A stretch of 39,999 nucleotides of DNA from a virus (IMGVR_UViG_3300035182_000456:1-39999), one strand, 5' to 3'. Shown: positions 10,023 through 19,447, counted from the stretch's first letter. Notes: generated by a model from the letters alone, not told the origin. Numbers and translations: made by a program.

Positions 10023-11165
10023 TTAAACTGTCTTAAACCGGGCAATGCCGGGGAATTTGGAAACCGCGCCCGCTGAATCATGGGCAACGATGGGCGCGGC
10101 TTGTGCTTTGCCCGTGGCAACCTTAAGCAATGCCTTTAGTGCTGGCAGCCCGGTAACGCCTTTGTGATCGACTTTCAAGTGGTCGAGCGCGAAGCCGTAG
10201 ATTTCCGCCGCTGAATCCATCGCAATCACATCACCCACGACAGGGCGCACAGCGGCGCGTGCTTCGGTCGCATCACGGAATTCTTGGCGCATCGCATCCA
10301 TTGCCGATTTAACGTCTTCCTTGCTCACCTTGTCTTCGTCATCTTTTGGGTCTTTGTCGTTGGCTGCTGGCGGTGCAATCAGGTCGCAGATGGCGGAAAT
10401 GGTGGCATCATCCACCTTACCCGACAACATGCTTTTGACCTTTTCCGCAGGGGATTCATCCACAGCAGGTGGCAGGGCTTCAGGCTTTTCTTCTGGTTCA
10501 TCTTCGACACCAATCAGGGCATCAATCACGTTGTCGAGCTGTTCGGCTGACAGCGTAGCATCTTTTGCCAGCACCGCCGCCTTGATAGTAGATTTTCGTT
10601 TCATTTCAGTGGTTTCCGTAAATGGGTTGGAGTCGGATACATACACATCAGCACCAGCACGCCCGACTTCAACAAGTGCCAAGTGATTGCCCATGATTTC
10701 GGTCATCCGTCCATCGTAGGGTTCGCCGCTCACATTGCCCGGTGTCATGTCAGCAACGTAGCGATAGGAGCATGATAACTCTCGCACCGTGCCTGTCTCG
10801 ATTCCGGCGATGGCGGTGGCATCCCAGAACACCAGATCGGCATCCAGATAAGGGGAGTTAAACTCGACGTTAGAGCCGATAGCGCCGATAACCAAATCAG
10901 GACGTGGTGAATCAACAGTGACTGGGATGTGTTCTTTGAGGATTGGCAAACGGGCAAAGGTTGGGGCGGCTTTTGCCAGCTCTGCCGGGTCACGATAGAG
11001 CTTATAAATGGTCTTTGGCTGCAAACCAAGTTCGTCCCATTGCGGGATTTCGCGCCCGTAGTAAGGGTTTATCGCGGCTTTGCTGATGTGCGATTTATCC
11101 ACATGCAAACGACCGTCAGCGTCAACGGTGCGGGAGGAGCGATCGAATGCAAGAATGGTTTTCAT
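10023..11165 (-). CDS. Prohead protease/scaffold (DUF2213-like)
   Basis: DGRLHV, ELSCSY and GNHLALVEVGRAG motifs; acidic scaffold tail. Likely start MKTIL. Confidence 0.88.
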   Translation of the reverse strand: MKTILAFDRSSRTVDADGRLHVDKSHISKAAINPYYGREIPQWDELGLQPKTIYKLYRDPAELAKAAPTFARLPILKEHIPVTVDSPRPDLVIGAIGSNVEFNSPYLDADLVFWDATAIAGIETGTVRELSCSYRYVADMTPGNVSGEPYDGRMTEIMGNHLALVEVGRAGADVYVSDSNPFTETTEMKRKSTIKAAVLAKDATLSAEQLDNVIDALIGVEDEPEEKPEALPPAVDESPAEKVKSMLSGKVDDATISAICDLIAPPAANDKDPKDDEDKVSKEDVKSAMDAMRQEFRDATEARAAVRPVVGDVIAMDSAAEIYGFALDHLKVDHKGVTGLPALKALLKVATGKAQAAPIVAHDSAGAVSKFPGIARFKTV

Positions 11166-11213
11166 TTCGTCATTATCGTTGTTTTTTATTGGGTTGGCAA
11201 TCACAGAATTGAA

Positions 11214-11236
11214 AAAGCCCTCCAACCGAGGGCTTT
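11214..11236 (-). terminator. Intrinsic terminator after the Rha moron
   Basis: AAAGCCCTC-caacc-GAGGGCTTT hairpin followed by a U-tract on the minus strand. Confidence 0.7.
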
Positions 11237-11239
11237 GTT

Positions 11240-11914
11240 TCAGGCTATCAGCTTTATGACCCTTAATCTATCAGCATAGGCTTTCAGTTTTGCCTTGCGC
11301 TCTTCGTATTCCATATCTGCGCGGATGTATGCGGCATCCTTCATCCTTACTTTGCGCAACATTTCCACCTCTTCATTGCTCAGGCTTGATTCATCCAACG
11401 GCTTAAATTCACCTCGCACACACCAATTCAGCAGCTTGTTCTCGGTGGCGTAGTGGAATGACTTGGTATCCTTACCAGCTTCTGCGCGAATCTCTTTTAA
11501 AGCATCGGTCATATCCCACATTGATGCACGCTTGTCTTGCAGCATTCCGGTGCGGGGCGGGTCTTTGAAGTTTTCAGCAATGTAGTCAAGGGCTTTGCGG
11601 AACTGCTGGACAAGGTTTAGTTTGAATTCCAAAACCGTAGGAGTGTTGCGGAACAGTGTTACCAAGAATGTTGCTTGGTCTTCGTTTAGGATTGCGTACT
11701 CAGTGCTTTTTGCAAAACCACCTTGAGGCAATGAAGAACCCTTCTGGATTTCAAATCTGAGTGGGGCAAGTTTCTCGAACATAGCTTGGTGCTTGCGAAT
11801 CAGCTTAATGGTGGATTCATGAGATTTGTTATCGCAGCCTTCCGCAACAATCAGTGAGGTAGTAAATGCTTGCTGCCCGTTAGTCTGGACAAGTTGAATA
11901 GATTGCGTAGTCAT
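11240..11914 (-). CDS. Rha-family regulatory protein (moron in head module)
   Basis: TTSLIVAE..HES..KLI..LRFEI..LNEDQATFLVT..RNT..FKLNLV..F. Has its own promoter TTGTGC-17-TAATAT near 11950-11977. Confidence 0.8.
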   Translation of the reverse strand: MTTQSIQLVQTNGQQAFTTSLIVAEGCDNKSHESTIKLIRKHQAMFEKLAPLRFEIQKGSSLPQGGFAKSTEYAILNEDQATFLVTLFRNTPTVLEFKLNLVQQFRKALDYIAENFKDPPRTGMLQDKRASMWDMTDALKEIRAEAGKDTKSFHYATENKLLNWCVRGEFKPLDESSLSNEEVEMLRKVRMKDAAYIRADMEYEERKAKLKAYADRLRVIKLIA

Positions 11915-12020
11915 GGTATTGTTACCGGGTTGTTTGTCAGAACCTCAATATTAGCCCCCTTGAGGAAACAGCACAATCCCCAAACCCGCTTCGAGTCTAT
12001 CGGCGGGTTTTTTAATGCCC

Positions 12021-12797
12021 TTAAAACGGCAATACCGGACGGCTTGTACACCTGCAATTTATTTCGTAGCCCGGCTGAATATATTCCCCTGAAATCAAAC
12101 AGCCTTCGGCAATGCGGTACTTTTTACCATTTGCGGCTACGTGGTCGGGTCGTGGCTTTTTCCCTGCGTGAGAGTGCATCCAAATTGCCTCAGTTATGCC
12201 AAGTTCCATTTGCCGCGTGCGCTGCACGGTAGCGTTGGCTTTGTTGCTTTGGTCACGGGCGATAAGTTCCGCCCGATGGCTTGCATTCGGATACAAGGCT
12301 TTCAGGTCTTTAACCATCGTTTCCAAATCACGCCCCTGCGTGTATGAGCGCATCACCACGCCCTCGACTTGCTGTAGATACTGTTGCGGGATGGAGCGTA
12401 TCAGCCCGACGTTTTCCGCAATCGTGGCGTTTAGAGCATCCCGCATTTCTTGCGTCATCTCAAAGTCAACTGCCCAACCTGCATCTTTGAGCGATTGCCG
12501 TAACGCACGGTCGGAACTGCGGAACATGCCGTTGACGTAATAATCCGCCAATTTGTCCGCGTAAACATCGAAACGTCTTTGCCAGCGCAACGCTAAGCCG
12601 CGCATCAGATTATTTACGTAGTTCACGGGGCTGGCATCTTGCGCCATGATCGGCGGTGCTTCTCGGTAGGCAGCCGTCAACCAATACTCAAGGGATGACT
12701 GCATTTCATCGACCAACTTCACCAACGCTTTACGGTACTTGGCTTCTAGCCCACGGTTGGCAGAGACAGCACGGGCAGTTTTAGGCTTCTTCGGCAT
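12021..12797 (-). CDS. Head morphogenesis protein (Mu gpF/SPP1 gp7-like)
   Basis: RAELIARDQ, PRPDH and PGYEINCRC motifs. Confidence 0.9.
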   Translation of the reverse strand: MPKKPKTARAVSANRGLEAKYRKALVKLVDEMQSSLEYWLTAAYREAPPIMAQDASPVNYVNNLMRGLALRWQRRFDVYADKLADYYVNGMFRSSDRALRQSLKDAGWAVDFEMTQEMRDALNATIAENVGLIRSIPQQYLQQVEGVVMRSYTQGRDLETMVKDLKALYPNASHRAELIARDQSNKANATVQRTRQMELGITEAIWMHSHAGKKPRPDHVAANGKKYRIAEGCLISGEYIQPGYEINCRCTSRPVLPF

Positions 12798-14148
12798 CTG
12801 CTATCTCCGGCATCGCATCAACATCTAGCCCGTGATACCCGCTATCCTTGCTACGCGCCAAACGCTCACGCTCTTCTTGTGGGTCAAGCACGCCTCGGTC
12901 TATGTAAGTGGCTGCTGTGTTGGCATCCTGCGCCCGAATCCCCGCCAGTTCCGCCGCGCTCATTTGGTAAAGTGGCAAAAAGTTAAAGCCAATATCTGGG
13001 TCAATCTCGCCAAATAGAGACAGTTGCACCAGCGACAACACGGTTTCAATCGGTTTCCGCCAATTGCTTTCTTGTTGTGCAGCTATCCAATCGTAAAACG
13101 CCCGTACCTCGCCCTCGCTGCTGGCATTCAACCCGCTGGGGCTGATACCCGTCAGGATGATAGCGGGAAGGCGCGACACGCTGCACATCTGCTCTTGTGC
13201 TTGAGATTGCAGTTCATGCAAGCCAGACAATGGGGTGTTGATCTGCACAAGCTCCTCACGCTCTTTGTCCAGAAGCATCAGCCCCTTGTTGCTGCGCAGA
13301 GTCGTGAACAAGGTGGCTCGGTTAATCAGGTCTTGCCCGTCGTCATCACCCTGTAAAACCTGATCCATTGCCGTGGCAAGTGCCGTAATGGAAAAGTTGC
13401 TTATCAGGTCTGAAACGCTTTGCCGCGTGCGCAACCAGTTGTCTACATACGGTTCAGCCAATTGTGACAGTGACATTCCGGCGAAATTAAACGCTGGTTT
13501 GAGGATGTCGGGTAATGGGCGCGTGACGATGGTCATCAGTCGGGAGGCGTGAACCTCTTTGCCCAACACGTACCAGCCTGTAGGCGCGTAGAAGTCTGGC
13601 GCGGTCGGGTCATTGCTGTTGTATGCCGCCGGGGTTGTCCAAATCGCCTCAATCGTTTTGATGGCAGTCAGCGACTTTTCGGGTATGGTTTTGTTTGACA
13701 GGATAAGCGGTGTTTTCGGGTCAGCACCCACGATGTCAAGATAGATTTGACCACGACCGAACAGGCAATCATGTTCAGCAGCCTTTTGAATAACGCCGCG
13801 CAAGTTCAGCCGTTTGAATTCAGCCTCAATCGCCTTGAGTTTTTCGCTTGCACTGTCATCATCCTGACTGGATGTCAGCTCTATCCATTCCCGCGTCAAT
13901 TCCGTTGACAGTGCTGCCGCGAACGCCCTGAACTCGGCGCGGGTAGCCAGTTGCGCCAAATAAGGAAAGCCGGGGAAACCCCCGCCCGAATACTGGAACT
14001 CGGTATACGCTGGCGAATCCATCGCCATTACGGGGGCGGATGATGGGGCAACGCCGCGCAACAGCCGTGGGGGCGTAATCGGGTAATCGTAGTGCTTTTG
14101 TGGGCTGTCCATCATCTGCGCTTTCGCTGCTGCTTTTTTCAGGCTCAT
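12781..14148 (-). CDS. Portal protein (DUF1073-like)
   Basis: VHASRL and TGISPSGLNAS motifs; follows TerL. Confidence 0.88.
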   Translation of the reverse strand: MSLKKAAAKAQMMDSPQKHYDYPITPPRLLRGVAPSSAPVMAMDSPAYTEFQYSGGGFPGFPYLAQLATRAEFRAFAAALSTELTREWIELTSSQDDDSASEKLKAIEAEFKRLNLRGVIQKAAEHDCLFGRGQIYLDIVGADPKTPLILSNKTIPEKSLTAIKTIEAIWTTPAAYNSNDPTAPDFYAPTGWYVLGKEVHASRLMTIVTRPLPDILKPAFNFAGMSLSQLAEPYVDNWLRTRQSVSDLISNFSITALATAMDQVLQGDDDGQDLINRATLFTTLRSNKGLMLLDKEREELVQINTPLSGLHELQSQAQEQMCSVSRLPAIILTGISPSGLNASSEGEVRAFYDWIAAQQESNWRKPIETVLSLVQLSLFGEIDPDIGFNFLPLYQMSAAELAGIRAQDANTAATYIDRGVLDPQEERERLARSKDSGYHGLDVDAMPEIADAEEA

Positions 14149-15548
14149 TTTGCCGCCGCCTTGGTTATTGCCGCCTGACTAACTGACAGGCGAATAGGGG
14201 TGATCAGTTCGGAAAATGCCCGTGACAGCGCGTCTATTTGATCGTCATTGCTGCCATTGGGAAACATTCGCATTTCGTCAATTAGAGCTGAATTCCAGCC
14301 GCCGCGCAACATTAGTACGTTGCCCACATTGATTTGAGCCGCGAATGGCTCAGCACGGGTGATTTTATCGCCCGTTTCCGGGCTAGTGTGGATGCGGTAT
14401 CCTGCCAGCTTGCGCGACAGGTACAGGATTTGCGTCTTTCCAGCCTGTCCGGGGTCTTGAGGGATGGATACCTTGACCGACTTGCCGTCCATCGCAGATG
14501 TGTTGACCAGCGCATTATCCCGTTCATCCGCCAGCGCTCTTAGTCGCACCATATCACCAATGACAAACCGACCATCGGGCAATCGCCCCAGCAACCCGCC
14601 TGCGGTGTAGTCACCGTCCAATGTCGCGGCAAAGTCCCAGCCTCGTACCCACGTAATCCGCTCGGCTGGCAGTGCATCTATAACCTGTATTTGTCCCGGC
14701 TTGAATATGCCGCCATCTAACGGGGCTGGTCGCTGCATGTATTGACCTGCGAATACATAGGGGCTTGCCTGCTCCATCACGCGCAATTCAGCAAGGCTGT
14801 GCTTTTCAGGCCATAACGGAGAGCCGTCGGGCTGGATAGCTGGCAGGCACAAATGCTCCCATTTTTCACCATTACCGCCATTCAGCAGCCACCCACTCAA
14901 GTCACCCTCGTGCAGACGTTGCATGATAACGATGATTGGGGTTTCCCGGCTGTTCTTGCGGCTTTCCAGCGTGTTCTGAAACCAGTCGATGACGTTCTGG
15001 CGCATAACCTCAGACCGGGCTTCATCGGCTTTGTGCGCATCGTCGATTACTATGCACCCTCCCCACCCATCCCGCTGCTTACCCGCGCCGAATCCGGTAA
15101 TCGTCCCACCCGTTCCCGTGGCATACATCACGCCACCCGCCGTGGTCTTCCAATGATGCGCCGCTTCGGTTGCTAGCTCCACGCCGGGGAATATCGCCCG
15201 GTAATCCTCATGCTGCACCAGTGTGCGGATTTGTGAGCTGTTATTGCCTGCCAGCATTGCAGAGTAGGAGGCATGGATATATTCAGAGTCGGGATGCCTG
15301 CCCATTGTCCAAGCAATGAAGTTGATCACGGCAATCTCAGTTTTGCTGTACCGTGGTGGAATATTGATGATTAGGCGCTTGCACTCGCCCCGGTAAACCC
15401 TCATAAGGGCATCCGCTATCTGCTTGTGATGCGGGGCGCGTGACCATTTGTAGTTGCGACGCATGAGGAACATCCAGCGTGTGAAATGATAGAAGTCATG
15501 ATGCGCACGTAGCGACATTGCCGCGTGCTGCTCGGGACTAAACGTCAT
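14145..15548 (-). CDS. terL: Terminase large subunit
   Basis: PPRYSKT Walker A, IVIDD Walker B, QRLHE, WDFA and DDQIDA nuclease motifs. Confidence 0.95.
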   Translation of the reverse strand: MTFSPEQHAAMSLRAHHDFYHFTRWMFLMRRNYKWSRAPHHKQIADALMRVYRGECKRLIINIPPRYSKTEIAVINFIAWTMGRHPDSEYIHASYSAMLAGNNSSQIRTLVQHEDYRAIFPGVELATEAAHHWKTTAGGVMYATGTGGTITGFGAGKQRDGWGGCIVIDDAHKADEARSEVMRQNVIDWFQNTLESRKNSRETPIIVIMQRLHEGDLSGWLLNGGNGEKWEHLCLPAIQPDGSPLWPEKHSLAELRVMEQASPYVFAGQYMQRPAPLDGGIFKPGQIQVIDALPAERITWVRGWDFAATLDGDYTAGGLLGRLPDGRFVIGDMVRLRALADERDNALVNTSAMDGKSVKVSIPQDPGQAGKTQILYLSRKLAGYRIHTSPETGDKITRAEPFAAQINVGNVLMLRGGWNSALIDEMRMFPNGSNDDQIDALSRAFSELITPIRLSVSQAAITKAAAK

Positions 15549-15828
15549 CCGCCAAATCCCGGCAGATTTGCTCGAATCGCTCAGGGGTCAGAACTGTCGT
15601 GGATACGTTGCCGGAATGCTGCATATCAACCGCCTGCTTTGGCTTGCCAATTGCCCGATCAAGCCATGAGTTTATAGCCTGCACTCTCACGCTTGCCGGA
15701 TTATCCTCGTTTTGGATAATCTCAGCGAGCGTATTAATCAGCATGGGTACGCGCTCAAACATAGCAAGCCGCATCTCTTCTTTTGAGAGCGGTGTATCAG
15801 GTAGTTTGAGGCGTAATTGCTGTTTCAT
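15538..15828 (-). CDS. terS: Terminase small subunit (probable)
   Basis: Overlaps terL; LDRAIGKPKQ motif. Start moved to MKQQ because the longer ORF overlaps the tRNA. Confidence 0.7.
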   Translation of the reverse strand: MKQQLRLKLPDTPLSKEEMRLAMFERVPMLINTLAEIIQNEDNPASVRVQAINSWLDRAIGKPKQAVDMQHSGNVSTTVLTPERFEQICRDLADDV

Positions 15829-15850
15829 ATCGTCATAAAATATAAAGTAG

Positions 15851-15937
15851 TGGTGGATACCCAAGGAATCGAACCTCAAGGGTCAGTCTGACAGCAGATT
15901 TACAGTCTGCCCCCGCTCCATACGGGTCTACGCATCC
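15851..15937 (-). tRNA. tRNA-Tyr (GTA)
   Basis: Anticodon arm GCAGA-CTGTAAA-TCTGC, long variable arm, T-loop GGTTCGATTCC, encoded ACCA end; G7:G66 mismatch. Confidence 0.85.
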
Positions 15938-15945
15938 ATTTTGTG

Positions 15946-16233
15946 TCATATCCCTATCATAGCCTTAATTACCGCCAAAAAACCAGATTGAGAAGCCACG
16001 ACAATAATGCCTACCACCCACATTGCCGTGCGTGCTTGCGTGACAAACGTCCGTATTTGGTCAGCCAATTCCGATATTTTGTGCTCCGATTGACTGCCTG
16101 CAAGCTCTAAGCGGGTTAACGCCTCGCCGTGACGGTCTAATCGTGACTCTGCTTTGATAACGCGCTCTTTGATGTCGTCCATTTGTTGCTCTGTTAGCAT
16201 GACATACCTCATTAAATAGATGTATGTCATCAT
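15946..16233 (-). CDS. Coiled-coil protein with C-terminal TM segment (XhlA/holin-like)
   Basis: Heptad N-terminus and hydrophobic AMWVVGIIVVA; in the lysis region. True start probably near MLTEQ. Confidence 0.6.
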   Translation of the reverse strand: MMTYIYLMRYVMLTEQQMDDIKERVIKAESRLDRHGEALTRLELAGSQSEHKISELADQIRTFVTQARTAMWVVGIIVVASQSGFLAVIKAMIGI

Positions 16234-16554
16234 ATTAGCTGATTTAGTTCATGCCGAGCCGATAAATCTATGGTTGGTCTGCTAACTGCTGTTGGTCATC
16301 CCCAAGGAGTATTGTCAGACTCATCATCAGCCCCAACCCCGGCAGCAGATACCGCTCTACTGCCTGCCACGTCCAGCCATTGTCCCCGCTGGCGGGTGAT
16401 GCAAAAACTTACAGATGATGGCGCAAATGCCGCCACAAGCCAAACCAAGTAGAGCCATTGGCACGGGTTAGCAATATTGTGCCATTGTGGTAGCGCTGGA
16501 TGTGCATCTTAACAGACATATTAGCACGTTTTTTGCAACGCGCATTATCAGCCG

Positions 16555-17382
16555 TCATTGTTGCGCTCTACGCAAAAACGCCATGCCTAGACCGCCGATA
16601 ACCCACGATAACCCACTGATTGAGTAGTCGATAAATGGCAAGTGAGGCATACCAAAATTGTCGGACGCAATATCCAGCGCCCCCACGATGATAGCAATCG
16701 CTGCTGTGGTGTATGTGCCGTAGCCTTCGGGAACAAAGCGTGCAACCAGCTTGTAGATGCTGCTTTGCTCAACTTCGGCTTGAACATTGCTTGTGGCGGT
16801 CGGCTGCACTGGCTCATAGATAGGCATTGTCTCACCGTGGTTATCTGTGATGTATGTAACGGGTTTGTCCATTGATTCAGCCACCACTACACTGCTATCA
16901 GTGTATTGCCCTAGCCACATACCAACCTCTGTTTCGCGTCTAGTTTGCAATGCACGCAATACCCGACCACCTGCTTTGTCCCAGCGCCGCAATTGTGCAG
17001 GTACGCTGTCAAAGTCGCCTTCGTTAAGCAATTGTGCCAATGTTGACCGCTCAAGCGCCCCCTGCCCAACGTTAAACGTCCAGCTAACCAATGCGTCAAA
17101 CTGATGCTGGTTAAGTGGTTGCTTGATTACGCGGCTTACTGCATCCTCGGCAACACCCAAATCATCAACTAGGATGTCATGGATGGATTCATAGGACAAC
17201 GCCTGCTTGATGTCTATCACGCGCCCCCCCGATAGCTGGATAGCGCCGCTGGATAGCTCATCACGGGTGAGCAGATGACCAACACCAATGGTTGGTAATC
17301 CTCCTGCGTCGTTATAGATAACCGCTTTGCTACCCTCAAGCTGCATAATCATCCGCACGCCTAACGCTGATGTTTTGCTCAT
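16555..17382 (-). CDS. GH24 (T4-type) endolysin with C-terminal membrane extension
   Basis: E-x8-D-x5-T triad (LEGSKAVIYNDAGGLPTIGVGH), QFDALVSWTFNVG and RRETE; two hydrophobic segments at the C-terminus. Confidence 0.9.
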   Translation of the reverse strand: MSKTSALGVRMIMQLEGSKAVIYNDAGGLPTIGVGHLLTRDELSSGAIQLSGGRVIDIKQALSYESIHDILVDDLGVAEDAVSRVIKQPLNQHQFDALVSWTFNVGQGALERSTLAQLLNEGDFDSVPAQLRRWDKAGGRVLRALQTRRETEVGMWLGQYTDSSVVVAESMDKPVTYITDNHGETMPIYEPVQPTATSNVQAEVEQSSIYKLVARFVPEGYGTYTTAAIAIIVGALDIASDNFGMPHLPFIDYSISGLSWVIGGLGMAFLRRAQQ

Positions 17383-17451
17383 AAAAATCCCCATTTGTTA
17401 GATGGGGATAGTATTGATTGCTTTGGGGTTTTTATCAAGTGGGATTCGCCA

Positions 17452-18503
17452 TTACCTTGATTTAATGCTTGACTAACCAGCAAGCATCAGTATCGGGCTT
17501 TTACCAACCACAGCGGCATAAGCATTCACCCGCTCTTTAGCCAACTTGTAAGCATCTTTGTAATGCATGTTGGTTTCAACCGCTTCAGCATATACCCGTT
17601 CAACAATCTGATCAGCGACGCAAACCTGCATTAACTGCCCAGTGTTTAGCACGTCACGAATGTTCGGGTAATTATGTTCAAGAACAAACAGTGCTTTGTT
17701 TTCCATTGATGTTAGAGTTGAGTATAAATGGCTAATACCATCGCTTGCGCCTTGTGCTTTTGCCATTTCAATAAATTGCTTAATCACGTCGGTTTCTTTC
17801 TTGCGGTATTCCTTACCATCGCTACGAACTTTTGCATACTGACCAAGCTCTTGCAGTTGTTCGCGCATACGAAAGAATTCTCGCTTAATGCGCAACTTGA
17901 ACTCTTTAGCCTCTGGTGTGTTCTTTGCCAACATAACCAAAGTTACGAACTGCTGTTCATTCAGCAAATAAGATTCATCAGGTCTACCGCCTTTTGCGCC
18001 TTTAGGTTTCTGCACCTGTAGATGCAGAAACCCATCTTCCTCAAATGAATGAAGGTTTTCGGCAATAACACGTTTTAAGGTTCTATGCTCCGTGTAACCG
18101 AACTTTTCCCACAAATCAAACGTGCTGACTCGCGCACCTGTTTTCTTTGTGTTTTTGACGATCATATCCATTTCAATATCCTGTGTTGTTGGTTGAGGTT
18201 ACATTATGCCTTATGTATTTGTGATTTTCAACAATAACGCAGTTTCTGCATCTGTAGGTGCAGAAACCTATCTTTGAACTCCCTTGATTTAGTGCATGAC
18301 TTTCCATGAAATTAGGTTTTGCGTTTTCAAATCGCAGAACCCGCTTTTCCATTGCAGGGATTTAGTGCTTGACTTTCTCCCCATGTAGAACCCACTTTTG
18401 AACTCTGCTGATTTATTGCTTGACTTCCCATTCTGCTGATTTAATGCTTGACTTTCTACTCATGCAGAACCTAATTTTATGTTACCTTGATTTAATGCTT
18501 GAC
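17452..18503. repeat. Array of 15-bp repeats (consensus GATTTARTGCTTGAC, 6 copies); outer copies form a 22-bp direct repeat flanking the Rha gene
   Basis: Copies at 17459, 18286, 18359, 18410, 18438 and 18489. TTACCTTGATTTAATGCTTGAC is identical at 17452-17473 and 18482-18503. Confidence 0.9.
17473..18171 (-). CDS. Rha-like regulatory protein
   Basis: ST..L..FG..H..LK..I, KGGRP and LLNEQQFVTLVMLAKNT motifs. Own promoter TTGAAA-17-CATAAT near 18203-18231. Confidence 0.75.
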   Translation of the reverse strand: MDMIVKNTKKTGARVSTFDLWEKFGYTEHRTLKRVIAENLHSFEEDGFLHLQVQKPKGAKGGRPDESYLLNEQQFVTLVMLAKNTPEAKEFKLRIKREFFRMREQLQELGQYAKVRSDGKEYRKKETDVIKQFIEMAKAQGASDGISHLYSTLTSMENKALFVLEHNYPNIRDVLNTGQLMQVCVADQIVERVYAEAVETNMHYKDAYKLAKERVNAYAAVVGKSPILMLAG

Positions 18504-18517
18504 AATCACCACACACA

Positions 18518-18542
18518 AAAAAGCCCCAATCAAGGGGCTTTC
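18518..18542 (-). terminator. Intrinsic terminator
   Basis: AAAGCCCC-aatcaa-GGGGCTTT with an A-run on the + strand. Confidence 0.75.
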
Positions 18543-18544
18543 TG

Positions 18545-18766
18545 CTAGAAGCAACGCAACGTCGGATTATCAGGCTGCGTCGCCCAATATACCCATCCTG
18601 TCGTTGGGTGCTGTATATCGGTATCCCGCCAATGCTGATTTTTGAGCCGCTCCAACGTGGTCACATTGCGCTCTTTCGCCGCTAATGCCTTTGACCGTGG
18701 AGTCTGCAGGTTCAGCTTTTTAACCTTTCCAGTGCTGATGCCGTTTCTACCTTTTGCGTTACTCAT
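18545..18766 (-). CDS. Hypothetical basic protein
   Basis: AGGAGA SD; coupled to the VRR-NUC gene. Confidence 0.6.
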   Translation of the reverse strand: MSNAKGRNGISTGKVKKLNLQTPRSKALAAKERNVTTLERLKNQHWRDTDIQHPTTGWVYWATQPDNPTLRCF

Positions 18767-19106
18767 GTTGGTTGTCTCCTATGTGTTGTGTGATAACTTG
18801 CACGGCTTCAGCCGCACCTTTGCATACTGCTACCGCGTAGCCAGCTTTTGTTAAGCGGTCATGCCAGTATTTTTGCTGTGGTGATACTTGACCACCTTTA
18901 ACGCGCTTCATCTCGATAAATAATTTCAGTTCTGGGAAAAACAGGTCTGGAACACCAGCCTTAACCCCTTCGGCTTTGAGCTTTTGCGCAACAATCACGT
19001 TGCGCTCGCCGCCGTTAGGGATTGCAAAGTAGTCCAGCCCCGGATGGTTGATGGCAAGCCAGCCGCAAAGGCTGACTTGTTCCGCGTGTTCGGTTGGTAT
19101 CGCCAT
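18759..19106 (-). CDS. VRR-NUC domain nuclease
   Basis: IPNGG, GVKAGVPDL, FIEMK and SPQQ motifs. Confidence 0.9.
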   Translation of the reverse strand: MAIPTEHAEQVSLCGWLAINHPGLDYFAIPNGGERNVIVAQKLKAEGVKAGVPDLFFPELKLFIEMKRVKGGQVSPQQKYWHDRLTKAGYAVAVCKGAAEAVQVITQHIGDNQHE

Positions 19107-19447
19107 CAGATTGAACTTAGGCTGTATGTGTAGCGGCGGATTGCGTCCGCCATATATTCCGCCGTGTCTAATTCATCGTCACGCAATGCGCGTGTTAGCG
19201 TGCCTGTAAGGATTAGGATTAGGCGCTTGGTTGCTGCGTAGCGACGATCTGATGCCAATTGCTCGCGTGATATTGCATCAACTTTGTTTGCGTATGCGAT
19301 CAAATCAGCCATTTCCCAGCCTTGGGTATTCCCGTTAACGTCCATGTGCTCGATCAAATCAAGCGTTGAATCCAGCACGTTGCAGCGTTCTGCTACGATT
19401 TCGCGTGCTGTGGCGTTTGGGTAGTTAGTGTATTTAATGCGTTTCAT
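19106..19447 (-). CDS. Hypothetical protein
   Basis: Preceded by a box promoter and the ACAACACGGAGAC leader. Confidence 0.7.
   Translation of the reverse strand: MKRIKYTNYPNATAREIVAERCNVLDSTLDLIEHMDVNGNTQGWEMADLIAYANKVDAISREQLASDRRYAATKRLILILTGTLTRALRDDELDTAEYMADAIRRYTYSLSSI

Noticed and set aside
15851-15937. tRNA as prophage att site / host boundary
   Set aside because: Phage genes continue on both sides, and I saw no duplicated tRNA 3' end or integrase.
185-17104. Numerous + strand ORFs (e.g. 3099..3965, 2430..3014, 8843..9382)
   Set aside because: They are antisense shadows of well-supported minus-strand structural genes and have no motifs.
18005-18341. Diversity-generating retroelement (TR/VR pair)
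   Set aside because: No reverse transcriptase in the window, the match is only ~30 bp, and differences are not adenine-specific.
18286-18503. CRISPR array
   Set aside because: The repeat is only 15 bp, periods are irregular (73, 51, 28, 51), the 'spacers' resemble each other, and there are no cas genes.
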